The notes under the pieces: model-generated
Databases searched by the model: none
Seen by the model: the letters and a program-made list of their open reading frames with translations, nothing else
Told to the model about the DNA's origin: nothing
Shown: positions 30,201-44,581 of the stretch, piece by piece
Position numbering within the stretch: position 1 is the first letter of the stretch
Layout: each line of letters begins with the position of its first letter
DNA from: Fimbriosthenelais zetlandica
Lineage: Eukaryota
Length of the DNA: 64,000 nt
Assembly (NCBI GenBank): GCA_977030845.1
Contig: OZ365112.1
Coordinates: 12,772,001 to 12,836,000 of the forward strand
Direction: 5' to 3'
Position numbers and translations under genes: made by a program

Positions 30201-33200
30201 AAGATGACAGATTATGTAGAGGAGCACCCCAGGCAGCGTGCTGAGAAACGGTGATGAGCTTCAAGCCTTGATGGGGAGGGGAGATGATGGGGAGGGGGAG
30301 AGGTGGGGAGAATGAGAGGTGTATGTTAAAGGAGACTCCACAGATGATCTGATGTAAAATGATCCAGCTTGTCAGTGTAGATTCATTCCCATACACCTCT
30401 TACCTCTCTACAGTTTAGATGTGTTTGATAAAAGCAGCTTCCTAGGGATAAAGTCTCAATATTAGTTTTTTAGCAAAAATATCACTGATCAATGCCTTAT
30501 ACGAGTTCTCTTGCTTAAAATAGTTTTTACTAAAATCCTTACAACCCAAGATTCACTAGTACTATATAAAGAGATATACCTGTCAGAAACATTGACCATA
30601 ATCTTGTAGATTTCACCATTGAAGCACCATGACATAACTATATATTTTAGTATACCATTGAATGGCTATGTCATAACAGTATAATCTGACATGTGAGCTC
30701 ACCTTGCCGAGTACGGCTTGTTCACGGACAAGGCGTTGCTCCAGCTCACGCTCGTGTTTCTCCAGCTCAGACATCTCTTGCTTGATCTTCTGGGCGTTCT
30801 TCTTCTTCACCTCGTTAAGGCGGCCCTGAATGCGGCGCACGCTCTGCTCCTGTTTCTGACGTGCGTACTCAGCATTACGCACCTGGTTGTACAAATTATG
30901 TTCCTTCTCCTCACCCTTGGTCACCATTTTCTGAATGAAACACAAGATTTCCTGTCACTAACCAATCTCTAGGACATGATTCCTCATGATCAATCAGTAC
31001 AATGAATTTATTTTGTCTGACACCAAATGCCACATATATGTATGGATTCAACGTGGGTCTCTGTTTGGCGGTTGTTTCCTAGCATTTCATGGTCATAAAA
31101 TTGCCCAATTTCTCCAAAATGATCCAGGATGATATTCCATTTTGATGCATCTTCATTTAAGTGAAATTAAGACACTAGTTAACAATCAATTCGGAGTCCC
31201 TTGTATTAGGAATTGTATTCAAATTTCCTGATTTGTTCCAGACTCTAAAAAAGGTAAAGTTCTTTCCCTGATCTTCCATGACAGTTTGTAACCGTGTTGA
31301 GAATGAAATACTGACCTGGAAGAATTTGAGGTGGTCCTCATGTTCACGACGCTGGACGTCAGCGTGACGTAGCTTGGCTTTCTCAGCGTAGATGGCTTCC
31401 TGGGCTTCTGTCCTCTCCTTCTTTTCTCTGTGAGACCGAGTAGCCAGGATCTTCCTTCTGTTCTCATGATCCTGTTTGAATATCAATTGATACAATTATA
31501 TTCAGAACAACAATAAGAGTTTATAGGAATTCGGACAAAAAAGCATAATGTGTCAGGAGGCGGGAAGAATATGAAGCATTATAAGCTCAAGAACGCCTGC
31601 TGTTTATATTTTCCCTGTAAACTCATCCTGAATGAATATTTAAAGAGGAAAGTGGAATACTTATATTCATTTAATATTATTGCCGGCATAAAACATACTT
31701 TATTTTTTGGAACTTAAAGAATGCATAGACGTGGCCATGGCTTTGAGTGCATATAAGGCACTGGGCAGATTACACATTTATTGCAGTTCACAGAAGCTGG
31801 AGTACCATGGCCCAGATTAATGATGAAGATCGGATGTTATGAAAGACTGTAAGTACAAGATATGCTTAACAGTTGTGATGTACGACTACAAGTGTAGCAG
31901 CCCACAAAAATAGCTCACCCTAGACAAAACATCTCTACCAATCTATGAAGCCACTTCAAAACCACTTTGAAGCCACTTGAAATAAAAAGAACTTGCCAGA
32001 TCTAGTGTCATGAGCAATGCCTTGGTTAAAAGAAAAGTGACAAGAAGGAAGAGAAAAATGAACTTACACTCATTTTCTTTTCGATATGTCGCGCCTTGAG
32101 GTCAAGATCGGCGTTTATGGCCGCCTCTGTCAGGGCTTTTTGTTCAGTAATATTAGAACGTAATCTCGCTTCAGTGTCTTGCAAATGACGTCCCTCTGAA
32201 ATGAAACATGTTAAGAACCGTTTATGGGCAGGAATAAATATTGATGATTGATGGGTTTGAATTTAAGAGTGTATAAATCAAAGTGAAATAGAGGGAACTT
32301 TTTGTTCTCTATTCAGACATGTATGGCAGCCATCCTCTCTTGGATACTTGACCTTGGAGAGGGGGATCTTTAACGTTGGCGCGGACATATTATGTGTGTA
32401 TACACTGATGGTTGTGTATAAAGCAATACATGGACAATGTCATGGTCGGAATTTACTGCACAAATGTATGAAACTCTGTTTATGTAAATCAAATAGAAAT
32501 GCCAACAATGCCTTCTGTTTTGACAGTCCTTGAGAGTGTCATGGGGCCAAGGAGAAAGAGATAGGAAAGAGAAGGAGACCGGAAAGAGGGAGGAGTAAAA
32601 AAGAGGGTAGTGTTGAGAAGTGTAGAGAAGCTTGTTCCTCCGCTGGGTCTGATTTACGGAGCTCTTGCTTGTTAAGTGGAGGCGGGGTTCACATAGTGAG
32701 TAAAGCCACCAAGGAATAGATGAGATAACCCGCGTTATCTCAGATAACCCTCTCAATGCTTCTACACTAATCTCATCTTCCCGCTGGATGTGGGGCTCTA
32801 TTCTGACATCTCTTTCTAAGACTTGTGTTTCTTGTCTCAACTTGTACAGCTCTATCGGCTGTGATAAGTTAGGAAGACATACATTTTAACATTTAGGTTA
32901 ATATGGGGTACATACAAGCTTATATCTATACTCAATTCATCATGCATTGAAGGTTCAGGGTGGGGAATACCAATACATCAATAGAAACCCAAGCTGGTAA
33001 TGCATGTTAAAGGGAAGATTGGGTTAGACTTTGCTTATCCAGAGAGACTTGCATGAGTAGCTCGTCAAATAGATTTGCTCGCTGGGTCATCGGTGGCCAT
33101 GTGTCTCCTGTCTGAGCAGCGACCAACCACACAGTTGTGCCTAAAGGGAGATGTTGCCAGGGGAACACAATAATGTTTACAAAAGCAATTAACACCGTTG

Positions 33201-36200
33201 TTTCCAGGGTTAAGAAAGGCCAAATGAGACGGCTTACCTAGTTTAAATCATTTCAGAGGCTGATGCCAGCTTTCTCATATCGACTCAATGCACTTGAAGA
33301 TTTAAAAGAACATTTAGAGTCGACTTTTAACAATTTTTGGCATTATAAGTCTCTAGCAGTTCGTTAGCTTCAATTTAAAGTCAGAGCTTGAGAATGTTTC
33401 AAGTAGAAGCTGGGGAATTTAGCTGCCTTCAACTCGGCGCATCATTCCACGAAATGACCCAATCATGCAGTATTCATACTGAAATATTCCCCGTTTCCTT
33501 GAAGATGACACTCAGAAGCACAGGAGGGGAGATATCCACAATCCCCAGGACGTCCCCCTACCTCTCAGTCCTCTCTAAACCCTTTTTACCAATCTGCAAA
33601 AATCAACATTGATTTAAACCCACTTCTCTTCCAAGAGATTCCATCCAACCACTATTCACAATCCTTTAACTTGATTAGATTTCTTCCCATTTTAACTCAA
33701 TATTTTTATGAGGATATTTAAACGAGATTAGAGTGTAATGGATGTATAGGGGTGTATGTAGCCCCGGGTGGGGATGGTTAAGTATTGGAGTGGGTGATAG
33801 GGGAGCTATGGAGGGTATGAAGTGATCAGTAAGCCATCATATCTCACGGTCAGGGGGCCAGATAGTGAGAGGTGAGGCCAGCTCATCATCAGCCTTACTT
33901 CTCTTCACCCTTACTTCTCTTCACATTTACTTCTTTTCGACCTTCTTCTCTTGATGACCCTTGATGACATTTCAGGGCAACACAATTCCCGGATTTTTCC
34001 TGATAATTTATCAAAATACCCGGATGATCTAAACCTATTTTTCTGACACCATAAATTATGACGCAGGACAGTATCCCCGATTCTCCTCTGCAAACTCTAA
34101 TCACTGTGGTATTATTCACAGTAAGACATAGACATGCATGGGCCAAATGAATTCCCAAAATCCATTGATTTTTCCCGCACTGTAAAAAGGAAAATTGTTA
34201 TCCCCGATTTTCCAGAATGGCTGGGAACCCTGCCCGGACTCCCGACAATAAAAGCCACCTCAACTCTCCTCGGTTACAGATTTCACCTCAAAATCAAATT
34301 ACTTCTTTCTGCGATCATGGGCTGCTATCACAATTCACTGGTGAAATATTAAACCATCTAACCAATCCTCTGCAGTGTTTTCTACTCCCTTTCCTTTCAT
34401 TGCTCTACGCTCATTGCCTTTGGTCCTCCTGCCCCTCTTCCCCTGTCCCCGATCACTCTCTCCAAGATAGATCCTTGAGGTCTGGAGAAGGACAAACAGT
34501 AGAAATGATGGTTGTTGTGTTGTGACATGGATGGAGGAGAGCTGTCTGACAGCTGACCACTGGTTCCTTAACCTCCAGTTAATCATCTCTACATGACTGA
34601 CAAACAAACCCATCACTACACACTCCTCTATAACTCACCTCTTCATCTCAGGGGAAATTCACAAATGTTCATTTGGGGTTACTATAAATATCTTAAAATG
34701 CACAGGCATGTTTCCTACTGATATATTACTGAAGCATCAGGTAGGAATATGTGATCCATTGATTATGTATTTGAATACACATGGTCGTGATTCATTTGAG
34801 GTATGAATGTCATGAGGTTAGATCACCTGAATCATCTTTGAAATTCATCAGGATTGTACACAAAGCTCAGTAAAGATGTACCTGGTCTCTGTAATTTGTA
34901 CTCCCAAGTTGACTCAAGGAAACATGTAATTTAAATATTTGCAGGCATGGAGATAAGTTAATCTCTTATCTCTGAGCTACACATTTAAGCATTTATCTAA
35001 TCATCAAAGGACCTTGATATTCCTGCACCAGGGGGGCATTTAGTCCCAAAGAAAATCTCATGTTGAGGGTGAGATTTTACTTGGTGAAAGGGACTTGGTG
35101 ACCAACATCAAAGGTGGGCAATATGAACGTGTTTAAGGAGAAATAAAGACAAGCACGGAGGTCTTATGTTAGGATCTACACACTCGGAAGACTGAGGTAG
35201 AGAGAGATGGGTAGTCACCCGTCTCAGCCGCTGATAACATTGTGTGGGTGTGATTCTTATCAATTTGTGATTCTTATCAACTGGCATTGACGGTCGTGAG
35301 TTGTGTACGTGTTGAGGGAGCTGGGATGCCTCAGTTTTGGATCCCAGGTGTGCTCCCTTTGATCCTTTTGCGGCGTCATTAAGCGATGGTCCGGTCTCAG
35401 GTGCACAAGCCGTCCCAACACAAAGAGGGCACTATAGGTGTGTTAAAAGGTGGCCACTGCTGTATCAGTGATGGAAGATCTCTTATGTAATAAAATCTTA
35501 CAGCCACAAAACTCACTTATGTACACCTGTGGATGGATCGGGTCCAAATTAGCTTCCATTCAAAGCCCTGCTTTTATAAGTTCATATATTTTATCCAAAT
35601 TAGGGCAAATTTGCTTCAAAGCAGTATAAACAATCCACTTAGAGTTTTCCTTACAGGTGCCAAATATTTCTTGGCATAGAAGGATCATTTTTGGTTGGTT
35701 TCTTCATCAAGGTTCAGAAACATTAACATTCATTTTGCATTTATTGAACCATTCTATACTAATTGATTGAACCAAAAATGTCTCTGCAGGAATTTGATAT
35801 GGACATAACATTCAGGAACTGAGCAATCGTCCTCTGTTGAAGCAAACCAAGACATTTTATCTAGGGGGCAAGATGTTTCTTGTGTGGAATGGTAGACATA
35901 CAAGGAACGTGGGAGGAGTGTACACATTCTGGCTGTGGCCCCAGGTAGAATGCTACACCTTTATACCTGGCACTTCATGTAAACTGGCACAATGAATCCT
36001 ATCTGATGGGAGACTGGCGTGAGTGGGCCAGCCTGCGGGCTTTATCAGCCGCCTCTATCTTTCCAATGTCGTGCATTTGGAGTCTTTCCAAGCTGAAGGA
36101 AAAGAGGAGAGGGAGAGATTGCTTCCAAAGTTTTCAGTCCCAGTACAATGAGTGAAGTTAGGTTGCGACAAAAGCCTTTTGCAAGGACTGTAAGTGCAGT

Positions 36201-39200
36201 AGTATTAGTATGGCCCTGTCTCTCTGGATCTCTCTTCTTTCCTTTGCTCTTCTGATCCTGTTCTGATCTACTTGCATGCACTCCAATTCCTGTCCCTAGT
36301 TTCCAGAGGGACTGAGAGGGAGGACAGGGACAGAGAGAAGGAGGCACTTATATAGTCATGCTTGCAATTAAGCAGGCTTCGCTCTCTGATGCTAAGTGCA
36401 TGCAGAGAGAAAACCCAAATGATCTTATCTTCACGGATGCTTTCACTATTCAGCAGAGATCTACCTTGACATGTTCTTAATGTAATTCTACCAAACATTC
36501 CTCCAAGAATTCATCATCACCCAAAGTTAAATCTTAGTTAAATCTTGGTGGAGCACTTTGGTGGTTGAAACCAATCATTTAATCCTCAACTTTTGAAAGG
36601 AGTTGTCAGATCCTGCTCTGTTCCAAATGCCAGAGATAATGATGTAAGTCAATTTAACCCCAAAAAATGCATTGACCATTCTTTGAATCATCCATTGCAT
36701 TTACCACGAAGCCTAAATATTTTAATTGAAAAATGAATTTTTGTGGCTCTAGATTGCCTTGAAAATTATAGGGAGTTTAAACAGGCATCTTATCAAGTTA
36801 CCCAGTGGATTTTACAATAGAATGTGTATTAACTATGTGCTTGGAAGTTTACAGTCGAGGTATTTAGTACACAAACTAGAGACCTTCCTGGTCGGAGTAA
36901 ACATAGACTGAGGCAGGCCTTGTGTTAAACATGAGGGTATGGTAGTAAATCTGACTGGAGGATCTAAGATTGGTTGTGAGATAAGATGACCATGTTAATC
37001 TGTGAATACAGGTAGGAGTAGCATTGTAAGACAAGCCTTCCCTCAACAGCTGTCGCCTCTTGTTGCCATTTGACAATCTCATTAGCCTCCAAAATCCAAG
37101 CTTAATCTGATCATTGAAAAATTGGCCACTTCATGTTAAAAGCAAATCATTTGAACAAAACATTCTCCGTTCTCTGCTCTTGTAGCATGCATTAACATAC
37201 CAAGCAAATTGCTTCATATATGGCCAGACTCAAAAATGGGAAATTGCCTCGCTGATGTACATGATGCACACGCCCTCAAAGAGATCTGATCCGAAAATTA
37301 GACCGAGATAAGATTTAATGTGTTTGGAAGGAATTTAATAGAGGAGCAGATGGGGGTGGCTGTGGACGGGGAAAATAACCACATACACCATCATCTGATG
37401 GCTTATCTAAGGTGTAACAAGCGGGTCTGTGTGGTGCCTCAGGTCACATCTAAGTTGACACGGCTTAATTCAATGCTCGCTATTTGAATTAAACAATAAC
37501 ACAGTGGGCTGCGTGTTTCCCTTCACTACATGCCTGACCAACTACTCTCTTACTTTAAGTCCACCCTCCTTTTCTTACCTACTTTTCTTAATCCATTGAG
37601 CAGCCTACTTTCTTTGAAATGAAGGAATTTGAGTATGAAATAGGAATTTAAAACCCCATGCAATTGGATAGATTATGAGATCCCGACCATCCTAGTCTAT
37701 GCTATTTGAGGGATTATTATTGGAGATATGAATATACCCACCTTCTCGTTGTTTGACTTGCAGGTGACCTCTAGTATGGGTTAAATCAGCGCTTAGTTTT
37801 CTGCGATTCATTTCAGCTGCTTTGGAATCACCTTCGCTCTTCCTATAAATAACAAGATTGGAAATTGTATATAATAAATAATGAAGCATATGCCTGTAAG
37901 TTAAGCCCGAAATTATTTATACCCTTGCCAATTTTGAGATCGTTTTGACAATGCCATTTAAGGAACAAACAACTTTTGTCATAGGGCTGAACCCCCAAGA
38001 GGAGCTGCTCCCATCTGGTGTTTAACTATCAGGACTCACCCCAATTTATTCTCCAATGAAGTATCAGCATTCCTGTCATCTTTTATACGATTCGTCCCAT
38101 GCTTCTTCCTATCCCTGTCATCATATAATTTCATCAGTTAGTATAATGGCTAACATAAAACTTCCTGCAGGCATCTTTACACATTGCAATATCTACCAAT
38201 AATAAATTCTGTCTCCATGCATTTCTCTTAAGCGGAACAGAGTATTGACGAATGTAATATGTATGAGATAAGGAAATAGTTTGAATATTAATGTAACAAT
38301 TGATGACATTAGAAGTGAAAATAGATTGTATGATTAGAGTTGCTCACTTGGAGACGTCTGCCTCCATCTGGCGTCCTTTTTGGGCCTCCATGTTCAGGTT
38401 GATTGCCAGGTCGGCTAACTCCTGCTTGAGGCGGAACTGTTCATCCTAGTAAAGCATCAATAAAGCAGGTAATCAGTAGCGAGTCATTACAGTCTAATCC
38501 CCAATCCTTATACCAGCACCACCACTGATGGGATTACTGCTTCATTTAATCATCATTTTAATCTAGTTATATTTAGATATTCTACTGGAAAAGCCAATTT
38601 TCTGACTTCATAAACTGTGAGGTAACTTCAATTAAGGTGATGATAGGATTTAATTCATGCTTAGATTGGAACTGGAATCCAATGAAGTTTATTACAGAAT
38701 ATCTCTGGAATTCATTGGTACATAACGTTATTTCATATTACTCAAGAGAACTGATTACTTATCGGATCCTTTCTAGAGGATTTGTCCTTAACTTGAGTAA
38801 CTCCACCTTTATAATTTAGTCCTAATGTCCTAATGAGTATTTAATAAGAGTCCCTAGGAAATGGTTGCGATCATACCCTGGACATCTTTCCATACATTTT
38901 TCAATACCGTATCATTTTAGAATATTTCTAGCATATTTCCTCCGCTCACCTCCTTTGCCTTGATTTTCGCCTCGTACTCCTTACTCAGTCTTTCTGATTC
39001 AATCTTCTTCAATTCTAATTCTGTTGCTTTGCTCTTGAACTGCCGAGCCAGATGAGACCTAGAAAAAAAACCACATTTTATGATTTAATATCATGAATAG
39101 CATCAATATGATTTTTCTCCATGTTTTGGATATTTCTAAGTAGTTTTCAATGATTAATAATCTTACTTACGTTGTTAACTGTAGCTTTCTTCCCATATCC

Positions 39201-42200
39201 TTTTGACTTTGACTAGCTGTTAAACTTGCTTCAATTCTTTGCTTTGTTTGCTGAAAGAAAACAATATTTCCGCAAATTATTACAAACATATACATGTATT
39301 TATACAGGCTAATTGGGAAGAAAAATAAAATAATTACCTCACCTAAAGGTTATATTTTGGGAACCATACATTATTCTGAAGGTTATGTTCACGTACCTCT
39401 TCTTTCCTATGAATATGAGTGTTTTGAAGTCTGGTGTATTTTTCAAGTCCTGAATTTAATTTCTTAGTTTCTTCCAGTCGTTTCCTGGTCATTGCTGGAA
39501 GAGAATAAATTATATTTTATTTAGGATCAGCACAGAACAATCATGTTACAAAAGTTCACTTACCACAGTTAGTTTGTGTTGTAAAAAAGGAACCCATTGC
39601 ATATAGTTGATGTCCCAAGACACTTCAATACAATGTGCACTTGTGATAAATACCTGAAAGTGATACAACTTCGACAACCCTGTATGTCTGGAAGACAATT
39701 AAAACCAGCTTGTCTTTGCTGATGTTTTCCAGAATAAATACATGTTATAAAACATGATGTACATGATATTTACACAATTTTAATTGGTTTAAGAAAACTG
39801 CATGTTTTCTCTTGCCGCTGTTAGGTGACATCTTACAAGCCGAGCACTCCTTCAGTCCCTCATTCTGTGTCGACAATGATTGAGGGATAGGAGGGATAGG
39901 AGGGATAGTAATCACAGGAGGAACTATTTCATAATTCTCAATGTCCTCTCCTCCTCCTCCTCCTTCTCCTTCCCCCTGCTCCTCATTGGAGTCTATAGTT
40001 CTCACCTCCACTCTTATAGAATGCAGAGAATCTATTGGTTCAGTCATCAGACTACATGCAGAATGATTCACAGAGTGGTCAACTAGATCATCTTGTGACT
40101 TCAAGTCTTTCTCGGGTGTTTCAGTGTAGATTGTGATATTAGTATTAGATCCATTAACTGTGTTATATCTATTAACTGTTTCCCTATTGTCTTTCTCTAG
40201 TCTATCTTCTTGCCCTTCATTATGGTAATTGTCAGTGGGTATTTTACCTGGGAGAGGAATACCATCTCCCCACACCAACCTACTCTTCTTTGGACTGACT
40301 AGGTTTGAATTTATTGCACAATCAACAGTCTGCTCCATATTGCCTGCAGGATCAAAGTTACTTTCCTCAGAGGCCACTGTAGCGTTCTCCTAGAAATAGC
40401 ATTTGGACAAACCAAAGAGGTTTCTTTATAAAGAGTGTCTACAGTGTCTTTGATTTCATCTATCACAATGTCTTCTCCTTGGGAACTCTCCCCTCGCGTG
40501 GAAAACTTACTACCTTATACTTCAAGGCCATTGATTGCACTATTCCCGCCAATTGTGGCTGATCCTTCCTCGGCTGAATAACTCTAGGAGAGACCTCCGT
40601 GCTATCTCAGTCAGTGCTTCAATTATTTACCATGATACAACACCGCTAGTGTTAATGGCTATATGATTGGATATTGGTCTCCATTTATCGACTTTATTAA
40701 GTGTATATATCATGATAGTAGCTACAGAAATATTTTATATCCATAGATCATCTATAGATAACTTTACCATTGGTGGCAGTAAATAATAAACGTAGATCAT
40801 AATATTAACTGGAGCTGAAAATATCCTCATATATTTATTAATCCCAGAGACAGGAATATTTGATCCAAGTTTGGCTGGCGCTCGATAGCTATCAAGTATA
40901 ATACATGGATGCCAAAATAATTGCTTTAAGCTATTAATCTCAAGAGAGCTAATCATTTGCCTTATGTCCTGAACAATATCATCCTGAAAGGAGGCACAAC
41001 AAAGTACAAGTACTTAGACATGTTTTTTCTCATGCCTTATATATATTTCCGGATTATTCAGATGTGAGGGCAGCTGCTTTGCCGACGAATATTTTCAAAG
41101 TTCTGTGTGAAAATCCATGGAAAAATCATAACTTTTTCCCGTCTCGGAACACTTTTCCACCTTCAATCATTCGCCTCTCCAGTGGTTCCTTAGATATGAA
41201 CCCTGTTGTCTAAGTACAATTGCAATATCGAATGCATTACATAAGCACACTCAATTGACAAGAAGAATGCAAACAAGTGGCTTCCAAAGACGGAAAGAGT
41301 GAATACTTTGAGCAGTCATGAAGCTTTGCAAAGCTCCTGCCTGCTTCATTTTACTCTCAATTATTCTGGTCTTTTTTCCAGGGTTTGGTATATTCCAGAA
41401 GTAAATAATGAGGGCTGTAGTCGTTATCCCAAAGCCATGTGCAAATACAACTTCATGTAACAAATGGCTTGGCTCCTCACCCCTATACATGGTGTGTATG
41501 AAATAATATACATAAGCTGTGCGTGGAGATTAAATGTAGAGAATAGAGGGTGTGTGTTGGTCCACACAGGAGCCATGAACCAAAGAGGATCAAGTGATCA
41601 GCAACATCAATACAGAGTGAGACCAATCAAAGGAACTAAGCCAGAGCTGGCCTGCTTGACCACAGTGTGGGTGGGGAGCAAATCTAATTACCATTTAGCC
41701 ATGAACAAAAGTAAACGCCTGTAATCTTTTTATCTTCTATTATAGGAACAGTACCCAGAATGAGCCAATTGGTTATTTTACATCAATTTACATGTAGCTC
41801 ATTTTATATAGATTTCATAGATGCTTCCATTCACATGATTGTTCGATTCTGTCTTAGGAAAGTTAAATGAACATGCCAACATGACCAAAATGTCTATAAA
41901 TTGACAAGCCATAGTTATTTTCAAAGGAGTCTTGGGTCTAATCCCCAATATAATGGGGGACTACAGCTTGCTTTAAGTGGCCTGGATTTTTTCCAGAGAA
42001 GGTATTACTGAATTGACTCCAAATCTTTCTTACATACGTGGGATATGCATTACTTGTTGCTTATATATGCACCAATCAATGTGAAGCACCGCAGATTAGG
42101 TAGAATTGGAATGATAGAAACAGAGGAATCAGTCCCTTTCCCCTCCCAGCTGCCCCCCAAGGAATCAAAACTAGATTGTGATCACAGATGCACTTAATAT

Positions 42201-43699
42201 AATATTCATATACATACATATTAAATAGAATTGATAGAAGAATTTTTTGTTTTCTAGGTCTTACGTGTGAAGTACAACATAGAGGACTGAGGTATGTGGG
42301 TGGTACAGTGATACTAGGAAGGTGTAGGGGATGTATTTAAAACACCAAACACAAAAAACCAGAACTAGAATTGAAGGGATAGAAAAACTCACCACACAAT
42401 GTATGCTACAATATTGAGAATGAAAATGGAATATGAAAATATGCTTTTCATTTCGAAATAAAATTAACATAGGTTCTAATCAGATACCGTAGTTTTATGA
42501 TGCATTATATTTCATGTATTATCTTATATTTTAGTTTTTAAAAATAAGATCTATTTTGCCACTACTAAGTTTAAAGCACACAATCGTTAAAGATATTACA
42601 AAAGGTTTCACTCTTTGTCAATCTCAGTCAGGATTATTATGGTAAATTGTCTACTAACCTGATTCAAACTCTCTGATTGTTCTCCTCACAGCTCGCTGGT
42701 TTTTAAGAATATCGCCTTCAACTCTCTTTAATTCCCTCTCCTCTTGCTTATGCTGCCACATATGATCCTTTCAGAGAAGATAAGTATATTATTTTTACTG
42801 ACAATATCATTGGTATCAGAATAGTAGCACTAAGTAACACGTGCAAATTGGAATAGATGCATTTTGGAAAGACTATAACGTTAGCTAATATTATAGGATA
42901 TAATATCTTTATGATAATATCGATAATTTAATAGATTGATTTATGTCTATGATAAAGTCTAAGCCTATTTAATTCCCTCATGTCCAAGCAGGGGGCGCCA
43001 CATTGTGGAGTGGCGCACCCAGCTCACTCACGCCACCTATTGTCCGCCAACATCATCACTTCCTTACCTCAATGATTTTCAGCCGTTTCTCAAATTCTTT
43101 TTCGTCTCTTTCTTTTTTCAGCTGCATGTCGACCACAGACACGGATTGTGGTCGTGAAAGAGCTTCATCTTTCTTCTCAGACTTTAAGGCAAATGTGTGT
43201 TTGAACTTGTTAGAGTCAAGGAAGCCATCTGGTCCACACTGTCTCTCCTTCTCTCTGTTGGGAAAAATGAGGTATACATTAATACTTATGATGAAGATTT
43301 ACTTTTAAAAAAAATAGAAAAATTATTATTAGAAAAAGTATCTTTAATTTTCGCGTCAAATCAGTAAGCAGGTTACATTTCTCAAATATTTCTTTGGTGT
43401 CCGAGATATTTTTTAAGTGACATCCTTTGGGAATACTTATACTAGAGGTCTAAACTAGGTTGTACCGGTAATGTAGAGAAGTAGTGAATATAAACTGTAA
43501 AACCTCTTAACTAAATAAATGTAGAGATTTTATCACATGTTTTACAGGTCTCTTACTTTAAGAATGTAGCGTATTCTTGACTCTTTATCTGTTTTCTTTG
43601 TTTTTCCTCAGCGCTGAGACGATCTTCAGGAGATTTGAGTAGGGTGTACCTGGAGGCCACGGCATCTGGCCGATGGAACGGAAGGTCCGTCAAAACCAT
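24249..43699 (-). CDS. Uncharacterised coiled-coil protein, 527 aa. Coding exons: 43699-43557, 43254-43068, 42767-42659, 39494-39397, 39250-39171, 39058-38950, 38445-38348, 37842-37742, 32195-32068, 31471-31316, 30930-30703, 24395-24249.
   Basis: Twelve exons with GT-AG boundaries and matching phases (2,0,1,0,2,0,2,1,0,0,0) give one 1584-nt ORF. It runs from MVLTDLPFHRPDAVASRY to ALQTQVLNH*. The product is rich in E/K/R/Q and helical in style (e.g. DHMWQHKQEERELKRVEGDILKNQRA, ELEKHERELEQRLVREQAVLGK). I do not recognise a named family. Confidence 0.85.
26469..27337. mobile_element. Non-autonomous piggyBac-type DNA transposon (MITE), 869 bp, in the last intron of the coiled-coil gene
   Basis: TTAA target duplication at 26465-26468 and 27338-27341. 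Terminal inverted repeats begin CCCTTTCG at both ends. The AT-rich interior has no transposase ORF. Confidence 0.8.
33973..34232. mobile_element. Degraded DNA-transposon (CAGGG-ended) fragment
   Basis: One end reads CAGGGTTCCCAG on the minus strand, with subterminal ttcccgga/cgggaaaa motifs. It resembles the fragment at 45917. No target duplication was found. Confidence 0.4.
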
Positions 43700-44581
43700 C
43701 TTAGATGTTGTCGTATAAGTCCTGGAGAGGAAATTCTATTTTAATTTAAAATAATGTTATTCATATTTATGAATATTTTTTGATAAACCAGATTAATTTT
43801 AACTTTTAAATATTATAGATATCTTAGGATGTAAATAGTATTTAAAAAGGCAGACTACTAGACAGTAGTAGTAGTACTCCTAATCCTAGCCTACCTTACA
43901 GTAGGCTACTGCCTGCCTAGTAGAAGAAAGTGTCCAAAGGCTTTGGACACCTTCTTCTAGTTCTAGACAGTTAGTACGTACGGTACCGTAGTACTTGGAA
44001 GTAAAAGTTATGTTTAAGCCTGCTGATATATTCACATGAAGCCGCAAAAATTCATCAAAATTTCAACAAGCATTGAAAGCAAAATGTAAAGCTGGTCTAA
44101 TCATGTATTGACTATTGTTGAGACAAACACATGGCATTGGGCTTGGCCTTGATTTTGTAAAATGGCTTGCCTTAATGTTGTCATAGTTGTTTTTGTCTGA
44201 AAGTCATGGTTAAAATACAATAAATGGATATGAAATTATAATTAAATTAATTATGGGGAATATGGTCTGCAAAATTATGATTCATTGATTGACCTACTAG
44301 TACTACTAGGCCTATGTTCTTTAAAAACAGAGGTGCAGAATTCACTGTCATATGAATTAACTTATGTTGTCAATGTCATATGAATTAAATGCGCGGATAG
44401 TCACAATCACATCTGATTTCCGCCCCGCCCCCTTGGCCTTGTGTGCCGACGGCGACGGATCGAGCACCTGCCCAGGCCCAGGCCCGAGGGAGAGGTGCTA
44501 TTGAATAGCAAAAAGGCACATAATTATAATAAATGTGACTATATCTGTCTAATCAATATATCATATGTATGTTATACTCAC

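Noticed and set aside
30718-30972. Leu-rich plus-strand ORF (also 630-908, 43003-43308, 39880-40086)
   Set aside because: Antisense shadows of real or candidate minus-strand exons.
36160-36295. Extra coiled-coil exon (QNRIRRAKERREIQRDRA)
   Set aside because: The acceptor is poor, the phase-0 entry is incompatible with the phase-1 intron, and no suitable donor precedes the stop.
39654-39687. 34-nt microexon (ccag|ACATAC...TTTCAG|gtattt)
   Set aside because: Inclusion shifts the frame of the next exon and leads to a stop.
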